Positions 1-7,461 of a stretch of 46,356 nt of DNA are shown piece by piece; positions within the stretch are counted from its first letter, which is position 1, and each line of letters opens with the position of its first letter. Origin of the DNA: Fibrobacteraceae bacterium (GTDB taxonomy: Bacteria; Fibrobacterota; Fibrobacteria; Fibrobacterales; Fibrobacteraceae). The notes below the pieces were generated by a model that was not told where the DNA came from, made no database searches, and saw only the letters and a program-made list of their open reading frames with translations. Location: NCBI GenBank assembly GCA_045615885.1, contig JAZLFR010000018.1, positions 1 to 46,356 of the forward strand, given 5' to 3'. A program made the position numbers and the translations under genes.

Positions 1-141
1 TTACGCGCCCGAAAAAAGGCATCCGAAGTGGCAAAGCTCAACGCCGGTTTTATGTAATTTGTCGCCGCCGTTGTCAAACTCTGAATTTATCCAGATTTAT
101 CAACCATTTTTTGTTAGTTCGAGTCTTGTATCGTCCACCAA
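1..141. repeat. Terminal direct repeat, copy 1 (identical to 46216..46356); includes the last 19 codons of the integrase gene and the downstream intergenic region
   Basis: Exact 141-bp identity between the window start and end, read directly. Confidence 0.9.
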
Positions 142-180
142 TGGCCGTCTCTGAATAAGAGACGGCCATTTACTTGTTTT
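140..180 (+). terminator. Hairpin (aatggccgtctc-tgaataa-gagacggccatt) followed by a T-rich tail; terminator for the integrase transcript when the genome is circular
   Basis: 12-bp perfect inverted repeat with 7-nt loop, then tacttgtttt. Confidence 0.5.
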
Positions 181-383
181 ATCAGTATTTTCAATGCTTT
201 GCGGCGTTTTACACATCCAATCATAAAGCCTGTTATGTGTGCCACAAGTGGACAAAAGCGGACATTATAGACACGCTCATGTTGTCAGTTTGTTGTCAAC
301 TTTCCGCGCCACATAAAAAGCAAAAGCCCCTGCGCTTGCAATCACGCAAACGCAGGGGGTTAAATTTTGCAGCGCTGAAAAAT

Positions 384-1205
384 TTACATCGCCATGTGCA
401 GCGCCAGCCATGTCTTGGGGCCGCACTCGCCGTCCGCTTCACCGGATCCCATAAAATCCGATTGGAAGGCGATCAGCGCCGACTTGGTGGCGTAGCCAAA
501 CTTTCCGTCAGCGCCGTCAGCGCCGAGGTCGTAGCCGAGATATGTGAGCATACGCTGCATTTTCAATGTCCACTCGCCGGAAGCGCCATATTTGAGGATA
601 GGCGCAGAAAGCTCGATCTTATACATCGGCTCATCATCTTCGGCGGGCGCAGTAGGCGAGCTCCCGCCGCCGCTGTGCTTCTCGCCGCCGGAGCTCGTGC
701 CGTTGGTGAGCACCATGACGGTATGCGCAGTCTCGCGCACGAGAATGTCGCCGCGCAGCAGATAGGCGTCTGTCGTGCGGTATTTGGACGCCGTGAGAAT
801 GTCAAACGCGCCAGTGTCTTTGTACATCTGACGCATCCAGCTTGTCACAGGGGCATTGCCGCTGGTGTAAAGCTTCGTCACATCTACGCCGGCAGCTTCG
901 GCCGCAACGGCCATAAATGCCGCGCAGTCGGTTTCGCATTTGCCGATCTTTGCGGCATCCCATCCGGCGGCTTTTGCTGCACTTCGGAGCGTATTACGCT
1001 CATACTGGTCATAGCCGATATTGTCGTTGGCGCAGCAGCCCTCCACGAATTTTGCCATCTTCTCGGCAACGGCGGCGGACTTGGCGCGGATCACGATATC
1101 CCAGCCGTAATCCCACCAAGTACGGACGCACACTTCCCCGCCAGTCTGATCTCCGGCGGTTCCGGTGATGCCGCCGGTCTCGGATTTACTCGCATGCCCA
1201 ATCAT
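384..1205 (-). CDS. Endolysin: Amidase_5-like N-acetylmuramoyl-L-alanine amidase domain plus C-terminal PG_binding_1 domain
   Basis: N-terminus resembles the phage Amidase_5 pattern (YDQYERN..ETDCAAFMAVAAEAAG..GDILV..HTVMV). C-terminus GEWTLKMQRMLTYLGYDLGADGADGKFGYATKSALIAFQ is a PG-binding repeat. Sits directly after the holin with an ATGA overlap. Confidence 0.75.
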   Translation of the reverse strand: MIGHASKSETGGITGTAGDQTGGEVCVRTWWDYGWDIVIRAKSAAVAEKMAKFVEGCCANDNIGYDQYERNTLRSAAKAAGWDAAKIGKCETDCAAFMAVAAEAAGVDVTKLYTSGNAPVTSWMRQMYKDTGAFDILTASKYRTTDAYLLRGDILVRETAHTVMVLTNGTSSGGEKHSGGGSSPTAPAEDDEPMYKIELSAPILKYGASGEWTLKMQRMLTYLGYDLGADGADGKFGYATKSALIAFQSDFMGSGEADGECGPKTWLALHMAM

Positions 1206-1570
1206 TCGTCCGCCTCGTGCCGGCCTTTGACGGCAGTGTTATCTTTCGTCTGCCTCTGTCCGATTTCCTCCAAGACCTGCTTCAGCTTATCGAACCCAAA
1301 CATAGCGGCATAGGCAGTGAAAAAGCCCAGAAGCACAGCGCCGACGATGTAATACCAAAGCAGCATCGTCGCCGTGTACGAGCAGTAAACGATCAGCGCC
1401 ACAATGGCCAGTGCCAGGGCAACAACGAACGCCAGCAAAGTAGACGGGCAGGTCGGACCCCAAAGCTTTTTGAGGACTTCGACAATGATGTTTGTGATCG
1501 CCACCATAGCGGCGACGATGCAAAGGATTGCCGCGATCAGCGCGGCGGGGTCAAAAGTTGCGATGTTCAT
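1202..1570 (-). CDS. Holin (3-4 TM helices); likely start is ATG at 1570 with a GGAGG RBS
   Basis: Very hydrophobic 122-aa protein with charged C-terminus, immediately upstream of the endolysin. Confidence 0.6.
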   Translation of the reverse strand: MNIATFDPAALIAAILCIVAAMVAITNIIVEVLKKLWGPTCPSTLLAFVVALALAIVALIVYCSYTATMLLWYYIVGAVLLGFFTAYAAMFGFDKLKQVLEEIGQRQTKDNTAVKGRHEADE

Positions 1571-1588
1571 AATATGTACCTCCAAAAA

Positions 1589-1891
1589 TTAAATAATGAT
1601 TCCTGCTTTTGCAAAAAGAGCTGCAACGGCAGCACCGACAATCAGCCAGATAAGCTTATCCACGATCCCGTCCCAGCGGTCGCCGGACTTGCCGGTGAGC
1701 TTTTTGACGTCGGTTTTGATTTCCTTCAAATCCCCGTCCATGCTGTTTTGTCTTTCATCCAGACGAGCCATGCCCTCGGCGAGCTTTTCCATGTCACTCT
1801 GCCTTTTTGTCAAATCGTCAATACGCTTCGTGTTCGACCGACTGCGCGATTCAATTTCCTGGAGCTTGACGGCTACATCCTGTTCGTTCAT
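1589..1891 (-). CDS. XhlA-like haemolysin/holin-associated protein (coiled coil plus C-terminal TM)
   Basis: Coiled-coil N-terminus and C-terminal TM segment LIWLIVGAAVAALFAKAGIII; in the lysis cassette. Confidence 0.5.
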   Translation of the reverse strand: MNEQDVAVKLQEIESRSRSNTKRIDDLTKRQSDMEKLAEGMARLDERQNSMDGDLKEIKTDVKKLTGKSGDRWDGIVDKLIWLIVGAAVAALFAKAGIII

Positions 1892-2337
1892 GCCGCACCC
1901 CCATTGCTCACCCTCACATACAGATCAATGAGCTGCTCGAGGTCGGCATACACCGGCTGGCCGGTGCTGCGGAAGCGGTAGTAAAGACCGCCTTTGTGGG
2001 AGTAATACTTGCCCTCATACAGCTCCATGTTGTTGTTATAGGCGATGGGATTGTCGTGGGTGCCCTCGCCGCGTTTTTCGACCTTGGAAAAAAGCGATTC
2101 CGTACCGGGATCCCCGGGGCTCCATTGGCCGTCAAATGTGTACTTCGGCTGTTCAGTTCGCCACAGGCCATCACCGAAGCGGAAGCGGAAGCCTTTTTCA
2201 ACTTCGGCGCGGCGATCTACCAGTGATTGATATTCCTCGTACATCCACGCAGTGTCAACGGCGGCATCATCCGTCTGGAGGGAAGCAGCGTCTTGGATTT
2301 CCCCGCGCAGTGCAAAAGCCTTTTCGATCTTGCTCAT
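1888..2337 (-). CDS. Hypothetical phage protein
   Basis: ORF in the late operon, overlaps neighbours by 4 nt. Confidence 0.4.
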   Translation of the reverse strand: MSKIEKAFALRGEIQDAASLQTDDAAVDTAWMYEEYQSLVDRRAEVEKGFRFRFGDGLWRTEQPKYTFDGQWSPGDPGTESLFSKVEKRGEGTHDNPIAYNNNMELYEGKYYSHKGGLYYRFRSTGQPVYADLEQLIDLYVRVSNGGAA

Positions 2338-2627
2338 GCGAGCGCACCTCCTGTCACAATTTTAAGTGCCGCGCTTTCCTTTCCAAACGCAGCCAAAAGA
2401 GCGGCTGCCGCTTCATCCGGCAAGCCGACGGCGCGATTGATGCGGTATTCGTCGAAGGCATAGCCGTCTGTCGGTATGATTTCGCCGCCCTCATCCTCGA
2501 CAGGGATCGTAGTCTCTGTGATGTTGACGGGGAGAAAAATTGTCCCCGCATCAACATGAGCTTCCGGCGCAAGCAGCGATGTCCGTCGGCTCAGCTCCCA
2601 ATTTCCTCCGTTTGCGATCAAGTGCAT
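2334..2627 (-). CDS. Hypothetical protein (start uncertain; overlaps the RT 3' end by 77 nt)
   Basis: ORF only. Confidence 0.25.
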   Translation of the reverse strand: MHLIANGGNWELSRRTSLLAPEAHVDAGTIFLPVNITETTIPVEDEGGEIIPTDGYAFDEYRINRAVGLPDEAAAALLAAFGKESAALKIVTGGALA

Positions 2628-3843
2628 TTTTCAACGCCTCCTTTGCGTAGTGATACATTTTCTTTCTCAATTTTTTGGAGTCAGCATAGCTTGCATGGTT
2701 ATCCCACGCCTCAAATCGCTTCCAGTAGCTTTCTTCGGTCATAACACCGTCTGCCACCTTTTCCGCGTTCTCGCGAAGGTGCACGCGCTGATATTTAATA
2801 TTTGTAGGGCTCACGCGGCACTGCACGGCTCCGGTGTCCGTAAGATACATGTGCATACCGAGAAACTTCACGCCGTTTTTCAACGGCTGTATCTGCGTCT
2901 TGTGATTTAATTCAAGCCCGAGTTCCATATACTTCTGGTGGAGCACGGCATCCAACTGTTCCAAATACGCCCTGTCTGGATGAACAATATAGCTGTCATC
3001 CATATACCGACCGTAGTATTTAAGACCGCGCTGGTCTTTGACGTAATGGTCGATAGGATTGAGGTAGTGGACAGCGTATGCCTGCGACGTAACATTCCCG
3101 ATCGGCGCGCCAACCCGTTCCCCTCTCTCGTTCACAGCCCATGAGCTTTCAAGGATAACCTTTGTAAGCCAAATCCCGCTTTCGGGGCAGCCTATTTTAA
3201 TGAGAGAATTTACGATATGCTCGTGTTGGAGATTGAAAAAATACTTGCGAGCGTCCAGTTTATATACCCAGCCGCTCGATCCGTGGTTGATGTAGTATCT
3301 CCGCAAGTTGCGGCGCAGATCGTCAAGTGCCGCGCGAGGACCAAGCCCAGCGCGGCTTGCGTAGTTTGCATTTATGAGGTGCTTATCAATGACAGGCCAT
3401 AGCATATTGTCGCTGAAAGACGACAAAACTATCTTGTCTTGGAACGCGCAGGATTTCACATCCCGTTCAGCCGGACGAAAGACCTTAAATGCCGTATAGA
3501 GCCCCATCAGATAGTAGCGATACTCAAGCGACCATTTGAGCATACAAAGTCCTTCGAACGGACTAAGCGAAAAGCGAATAGCGGCTATTCTATCTCTTTT
3601 GCCGCTTTTGACGCGCCTGTACTTTCGGTACAGCTTCTTCAAATCAATGACATCACAAAAATACGGGTCGTAAACCTGTAAAGATGAGGAAGTCCCATTC
3701 AAAGGAGCTTCCTCTTTCGACCGTAATAGCGTCATACCTGTTTCCACGCATGACGCATCGACCGCGGACTCATCGCCCGTCTTTACCCTATACAGGGACG
3801 GAGCCGGCTCGCTTGTTGGTGATGCACCCATTTCAGCTTTCAC
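2551..3843 (-). CDS. Diversity-generating retroelement (DGR) reverse transcriptase
   Basis: RT motifs: KLDARKYFFNLQHEHI (motif 3), GAPIGNVTSQAYAVHYL (the DGR-specific IGxxxSQ motif 4), YYGRYMDDSYIVH (YMDD catalytic motif), LNHKTQIQPL..FLGMHM (motif 6/7). Lies immediately downstream of the TR. Start could be GTG 3843 or ATG 3831. Confidence 0.9.
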   Translation of the reverse strand: MKAEMGASPTSEPAPSLYRVKTGDESAVDASCVETGMTLLRSKEEAPLNGTSSSLQVYDPYFCDVIDLKKLYRKYRRVKSGKRDRIAAIRFSLSPFEGLCMLKWSLEYRYYLMGLYTAFKVFRPAERDVKSCAFQDKIVLSSFSDNMLWPVIDKHLINANYASRAGLGPRAALDDLRRNLRRYYINHGSSGWVYKLDARKYFFNLQHEHIVNSLIKIGCPESGIWLTKVILESSWAVNERGERVGAPIGNVTSQAYAVHYLNPIDHYVKDQRGLKYYGRYMDDSYIVHPDRAYLEQLDAVLHQKYMELGLELNHKTQIQPLKNGVKFLGMHMYLTDTGAVQCRVSPTNIKYQRVHLRENAEKVADGVMTEESYWKRFEAWDNHASYADSKKLRKKMYHYAKEALKNALDRKRRKLGAEPTDIAACAGSSC

Positions 3844-3864
3844 TTACTTTCCTCGCGTTTCCAC

Positions 3865-3965
3865 CAATCCCGGCCGCACCGCGTAGGTGTTGTTGGCGTT
3901 GTTGTTGTCGAACGAGCCCGTCGCCGTCACGTAACGCTCGTTGTTGGCGTTGGAGACATTGGCCG
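3865..3965 (-). repeat. DGR template repeat (TR), 101 bp, adenine-rich on the coding (minus) strand
   Basis: Gap-free alignment to 4591..4691; all 10 mismatches lie at TR positions that are T on the + strand, i.e. A on the coding strand. The TR translation is Asn-rich (NANNERYVTATGSFDNNNANN). Confidence 0.85.
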
Positions 3966-4013
3966 CAGCACGTGACGCAACACCCGAAACATATAGCCGG
4001 TCCGTGCAAAACC

Positions 4014-4418
4014 TTACTGGCTCACCTTTTTGAGCCAAGCAAGTGTCATGCTCTTTACGTCTTTTACTATCCGCTCGCCCTCCTCGGCGTATGCCTTTCG
4101 GATAATATTCCTACGGAAGCAGAGCCAAATGCACTCGTTCAAACGATTGAGCGCGCTGACGGAGTTTTCGAGATACTCAACCCTTTTCCTCGGGCGGAAT
4201 TTTGCGTCAAGCAGATTGCACGTTATATCCAAACTATAATCCTGCATTCGCTCTCCAAGGCACCGCATATACCGCTGGGGCATTCCGTTGTTCTTGTTCT
4301 CCTCAAACTGGCTTTCCGGCTCCTTGGCTTTTTTGCTCGTCGCAGTGAAAACCCAATCTTGTAAATCCCTCGACCGGTCAACTACGGCAAGGTCTTTTGT
4401 TATAGGATCGTTACTCAT
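4014..4418 (-). CDS. Accessory variability determinant (Avd)-like protein
   Basis: 134-aa basic, helical protein sitting between the DGR target and TR/RT in the canonical target-avd-TR-RT order. Confidence 0.55.
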   Translation of the reverse strand: MSNDPITKDLAVVDRSRDLQDWVFTATSKKAKEPESQFEENKNNGMPQRYMRCLGERMQDYSLDITCNLLDAKFRPRKRVEYLENSVSALNRLNECIWLCFRRNIIRKAYAEEGERIVKDVKSMTLAWLKKVSQ

Positions 4419-4470
4419 ACCGAAAATTATACATTCCTCGAGTTTCTTCGTGTCGTAAAGGGCAGATTAT

Positions 4471-4526
4471 TACGATAGCCGTAAAAAATTTTCGGCCGGC
4501 TTCGCCGGTGTGACACGTATATCACA
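4471..4526 (-). terminator. Terminator-like structures just downstream of the DGR target stop codon: palindrome ccggcttcgccgg followed by a U-run on the minus strand, plus hairpin ggtgtga..tcacacc
   Basis: Inverted repeats at 4505..4526 and 4487..4501; aaaaaatttt on the + strand gives a U-run on the minus strand. Confidence 0.35.
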
Positions 4527-5805
4527 CCGCCTGTACCTTGTATCGCAGATTGACATCGTCCCAAACTACCAAAGTAGAAAGTGGGAGCGACAAGCCCGGC
4601 CGCACCGCGCAGGTGTTGTAGGCGTTGTTGTGGGCGAACGAGCCCGCCGCCGTCACGCAACGCCCGTAGTTGGCGCTGGAGACATTGGCCGTCCGGAGCC
4701 AGTAGATAGTCTCCCAGTTCTCTTTTCGTTTGGCGTTGGTGTTGTTCTCGCCGGAGAACATATCGAAGATCGTGCCCTCCGGGGCATACGACGAGCCGGT
4801 ATCGCCCATTTCAACCTCGGCGGGAAGCCACACCGTTTCGAGGTGCGTTTCCGTGCCGCTGCCGTCCACCGTGGGCAGCAGGTACACTTTGGTTTCGGGG
4901 ATGATGACATTCTTTTCAGCTTCGGTGAAGTCGTGCATAAAGGCGTTCCGCGCGGCAAGCGTCGCATTGCACACATCGTAGTCGCTCTGCGCCTCAAACC
5001 ACTCGCCGCCAGCTTCGTCCTTATTAAGCCACTGGACGAGGTTGGAGATACTGCCTCGGTTGCAGCCATAGTTTTTTCTATCGCTGTTCGGGTTAGTCGG
5101 CTCGGGTGCATCGAACACAGACGACGGCACCTGCTGATGGTGCATGAGGAGCTTCACGCGATCGGACGCTTTGTGACAGATATTCCAGATCAGCGCCGTG
5201 TTTCCATATCGGGCAAACTCGATCTCGGTTTCCACGGGAAGCGTGTCAATGGTGGTGGATTGCTCCACAAAAAACACATTGCAGGTGATAGCTCCGATGC
5301 GCTCGTCCTCGTCGTAATAGGTCTGCATCTGATCGTCGGAGTTAAAAGGAAATGCACGGTAATACCACTTAACAGGATTACTTATCGTTCCTACCTGAGT
5401 GGGATCATCCTTGTCGTATGCCTCATCATTGCAGGACACCGTGGTTGTTCCCGTGATCGTTGCGACATGAATGCCATCTGTAGCGTTCTGCGGGTAGCTC
5501 CCGAGATTGCGCCGGATCATGATACCGGCGGCGAAATTGGTGTCTAGCCAAAGCCAGTTGACTTCAACATAAGGCTCTGACGGATGAATTAAGATATAAA
5601 GCCGGACATTATAGGGCAGGTTTTCGGTGGCGGGTTCGGGCACATTGACCGTGACGGGGTTATATCCGTCAACTCCCGCCGGCGCTTCATACTCGCCGTT
5701 CTCCGTGACGGTCAGCGGCTCGACGACAGGATCGCGCCCACCGCCGCCTCCGCCACCGCCGAATATTTCGGCTCTGATTACATCGTTCATCAATGGCGCC
5801 TCCAC
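4522..5805 (-). CDS. DGR target protein: tail-fibre/receptor-binding-type protein with a C-terminal variable region (likely C-type-lectin/FGE-like fold)
   Basis: VR lies 69 nt upstream of the stop. Encoded segment ...WLRTANVSSANYGRCVTAAGSFAHNNAYNTCAVRPGL. Located in the tail-fibre region; poly-Gly near the N-terminus. Confidence 0.8.
   Translation of the reverse strand: MEAPLMNDVIRAEIFGGGGGGGGRDPVVEPLTVTENGEYEAPAGVDGYNPVTVNVPEPATENLPYNVRLYILIHPSEPYVEVNWLWLDTNFAAGIMIRRNLGSYPQNATDGIHVATITGTTTVSCNDEAYDKDDPTQVGTISNPVKWYYRAFPFNSDDQMQTYYDEDERIGAITCNVFFVEQSTTIDTLPVETEIEFARYGNTALIWNICHKASDRVKLLMHHQQVPSSVFDAPEPTNPNSDRKNYGCNRGSISNLVQWLNKDEAGGEWFEAQSDYDVCNATLAARNAFMHDFTEAEKNVIIPETKVYLLPTVDGSGTETHLETVWLPAEVEMGDTGSSYAPEGTIFDMFSGENNTNAKRKENWETIYWLRTANVSSANYGRCVTAAGSFAHNNAYNTCAVRPGLSLPLSTLVVWDDVNLRYKVQAV
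4591..4691 (-). repeat. DGR variable repeat (VR) at the 3' end of the target gene
   Basis: 91/101 identity to the TR; every mismatch corresponds to a TR adenine. Confidence 0.85.
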
Positions 5806-6050
5806 AATGCAAAGCCGCCGCCGTCCTCGCCGACCAGATACGTAACGCGGCTGTCATCCGTTCCGTCGCCGGTGGCGATCAGTGACGACCCCGCCGCGAA
5901 TGTGTCTTTTTCGGTCATGCCCTGAATGCCCGCGCCGGTCGTCGGGAGCGTTTCCGGCTCCTCCGTCGTCCACAGATCAGCGCGGACAAAGTTTCCGCCG
6001 AGCCCGTTGGGGCGCACGGGCACAGCGCTTACCGCCGTAATTTTTGCCAT
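5790..6050 (-). CDS. Hypothetical tail-region protein
   Basis: ORF in the tail module. Confidence 0.35.
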   Translation of the reverse strand: MAKITAVSAVPVRPNGLGGNFVRADLWTTEEPETLPTTGAGIQGMTEKDTFAAGSSLIATGDGTDDSRVTYLVGEDGGGFALWRRH

Positions 6051-6065
6051 ATCAAAATCCTCCTT

Positions 6066-7460
6066 TTATCTTTTGCCTTTAATGGCATTGAGTATAAAAT
6101 CAACGACTCTCATATTCCTTGTCCGGCCGCCGAGCAGCGCCGAACGGACATAGATGAAGGACGGATCATCAAAGACCTCGCCGCCGCTGTCCGTGGTGAA
6201 CTGCGTCTTGTAGCCGGTCTTTTTACCGCCGAAATGCTTGACGCTCGTGACGATGCCGATCGTGGTCGCGGTGCCGTCGCCGTTGTCCGTCTGGGCGATA
6301 TCGTTGACGATAAGCTGCGGGCGGAACGGCCCCGTGATGTTTTCCTTGACGCCGGTGTTTTTCAGCCACTTGACCAGCAATCCTGCATAGGTCGAAATCT
6401 CACCGGCGGTCATGCCGGACAGCTCCTGAAAGTAAGTTTTGTTCGGCGGAATTTGCCAGGCGTCGTCACGGCTCACCGTCCGCGTGACCGGCGCGGCTTC
6501 CTCATCATCCTTGTTGGTGAGGTAGATTTTCGCATAGGCGGCATCTGCGTCGCGGGTCGTCTTGCGGCTAAAAACCTCATGCCGCTGGTCAAATACAAAG
6601 TAGCCGTTGGGCAGATACGCCGCGCGGAATGCCGCGTAGCCGTTGATGATCCGCCCCGACGGTGTCTCCAGCGTCTGGCGTCCGTCCGTCTCGGACGTAT
6701 ACAGATCGCAGATCGCATCCAGAGCATCCTGCACGGTGTCCTTCGGATCGAGCTCAAAGGTGTGCGTGCTCTGGTCGGGCTCGGACGTCACCTCCCAGTG
6801 GTAGTCATCCACTCCCGCCAGCTCCATGAGCTGTTCAAAAATATCCTGCGCAGTGCCCGTCAAGGTGCAGTGCTCACCGAGCTGCGTCTCCTTGAGTTGG
6901 TAGCCGCTGCGGTTTCGTCCGGAGATGGACACGGTCTCCTTCATCTCGTCGTATTGCACATCGTCCAGATACGCCACGCCGATCGTGTAGGGCAGGCTGT
7001 TGCCCATCCGCACGCGCAGCCGTATCCGCGAGCCGGGCTGAAAGAGCGTCAGATCGTAGTCAAAGAAACTCCGCCCGATGTTGGAGATCGTCGCGCTGCA
7101 CTGCTGGATCGAGTTGTCGTTTTGGAGCGTCCACGTCCATGCGTCCGTGATGCTGCTCACGTCCATGGCGTAGACATAGCGCTCAAAGACCAGCCCCGAA
7201 TCCGTCGCCGAGGCGAAGAACAGCGCGTAGTTGTCGGGGTGATCCATGCCGGTGTCAAGCCGCGTTCCCGCCTGCACGTCCGCCGCCGCCGTCCACGTCG
7301 CGCCGCTCCAGTCGCCGCCGGTTACGTCGGTGATCTCCGTGCGGAGCTTGCCGTTGTCGAGGAAAAGCGTCTGTGCCGCCTCGTCGAAAAACTCCGCCGT
7401 GCCGATCACGCCGTCGCCGCTGCCGACCGTGCGGGAGAAGTCCCATACCAAGTCCGCCAT
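6066..7460 (-). CDS. Tail/baseplate structural protein
   Basis: 464-aa ORF between the tail-fibre genes; context only. Confidence 0.45.
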   Translation of the reverse strand: MADLVWDFSRTVGSGDGVIGTAEFFDEAAQTLFLDNGKLRTEITDVTGGDWSGATWTAAADVQAGTRLDTGMDHPDNYALFFASATDSGLVFERYVYAMDVSSITDAWTWTLQNDNSIQQCSATISNIGRSFFDYDLTLFQPGSRIRLRVRMGNSLPYTIGVAYLDDVQYDEMKETVSISGRNRSGYQLKETQLGEHCTLTGTAQDIFEQLMELAGVDDYHWEVTSEPDQSTHTFELDPKDTVQDALDAICDLYTSETDGRQTLETPSGRIINGYAAFRAAYLPNGYFVFDQRHEVFSRKTTRDADAAYAKIYLTNKDDEEAAPVTRTVSRDDAWQIPPNKTYFQELSGMTAGEISTYAGLLVKWLKNTGVKENITGPFRPQLIVNDIAQTDNGDGTATTIGIVTSVKHFGGKKTGYKTQFTTDSGGEVFDDPSFIYVRSALLGGRTRNMRVVDFILNAIKGKR

Positions 7461-7461
7461 A

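Noticed and set aside
1-141. Interpretation of the terminal repeat as true virion direct terminal repeats
   Set aside because: The repeat includes the integrase coding end, and the phage has an HNH-cos-terS layout elsewhere. An assembly overlap of a circular sequence is simpler.
174-1313. 379-aa ORF on the + strand
   Set aside because: Antisense to the well-supported endolysin and holin genes; Arg/Ala/Gly-rich low-complexity translation typical of GC-rich antisense frames.
3844-4038. 64-aa ORF overlapping the TR
   Set aside because: It is simply the template repeat read in-frame (Asn-rich NANNERYV...). DGR TRs are non-coding templates; not called as a gene.
4555-4590. Short imperfect hairpin (tccca...tggga) immediately 3' of the VR as a possible DGR cruciform
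   Set aside because: Stem only 5 bp and AT-poor loop; does not match the strong GC hairpin/cruciform seen in characterised DGRs.
4510-5547. 345-aa + strand ORF
   Set aside because: Antisense to the DGR target gene; Arg/Gly/Val-rich composition, no RBS.
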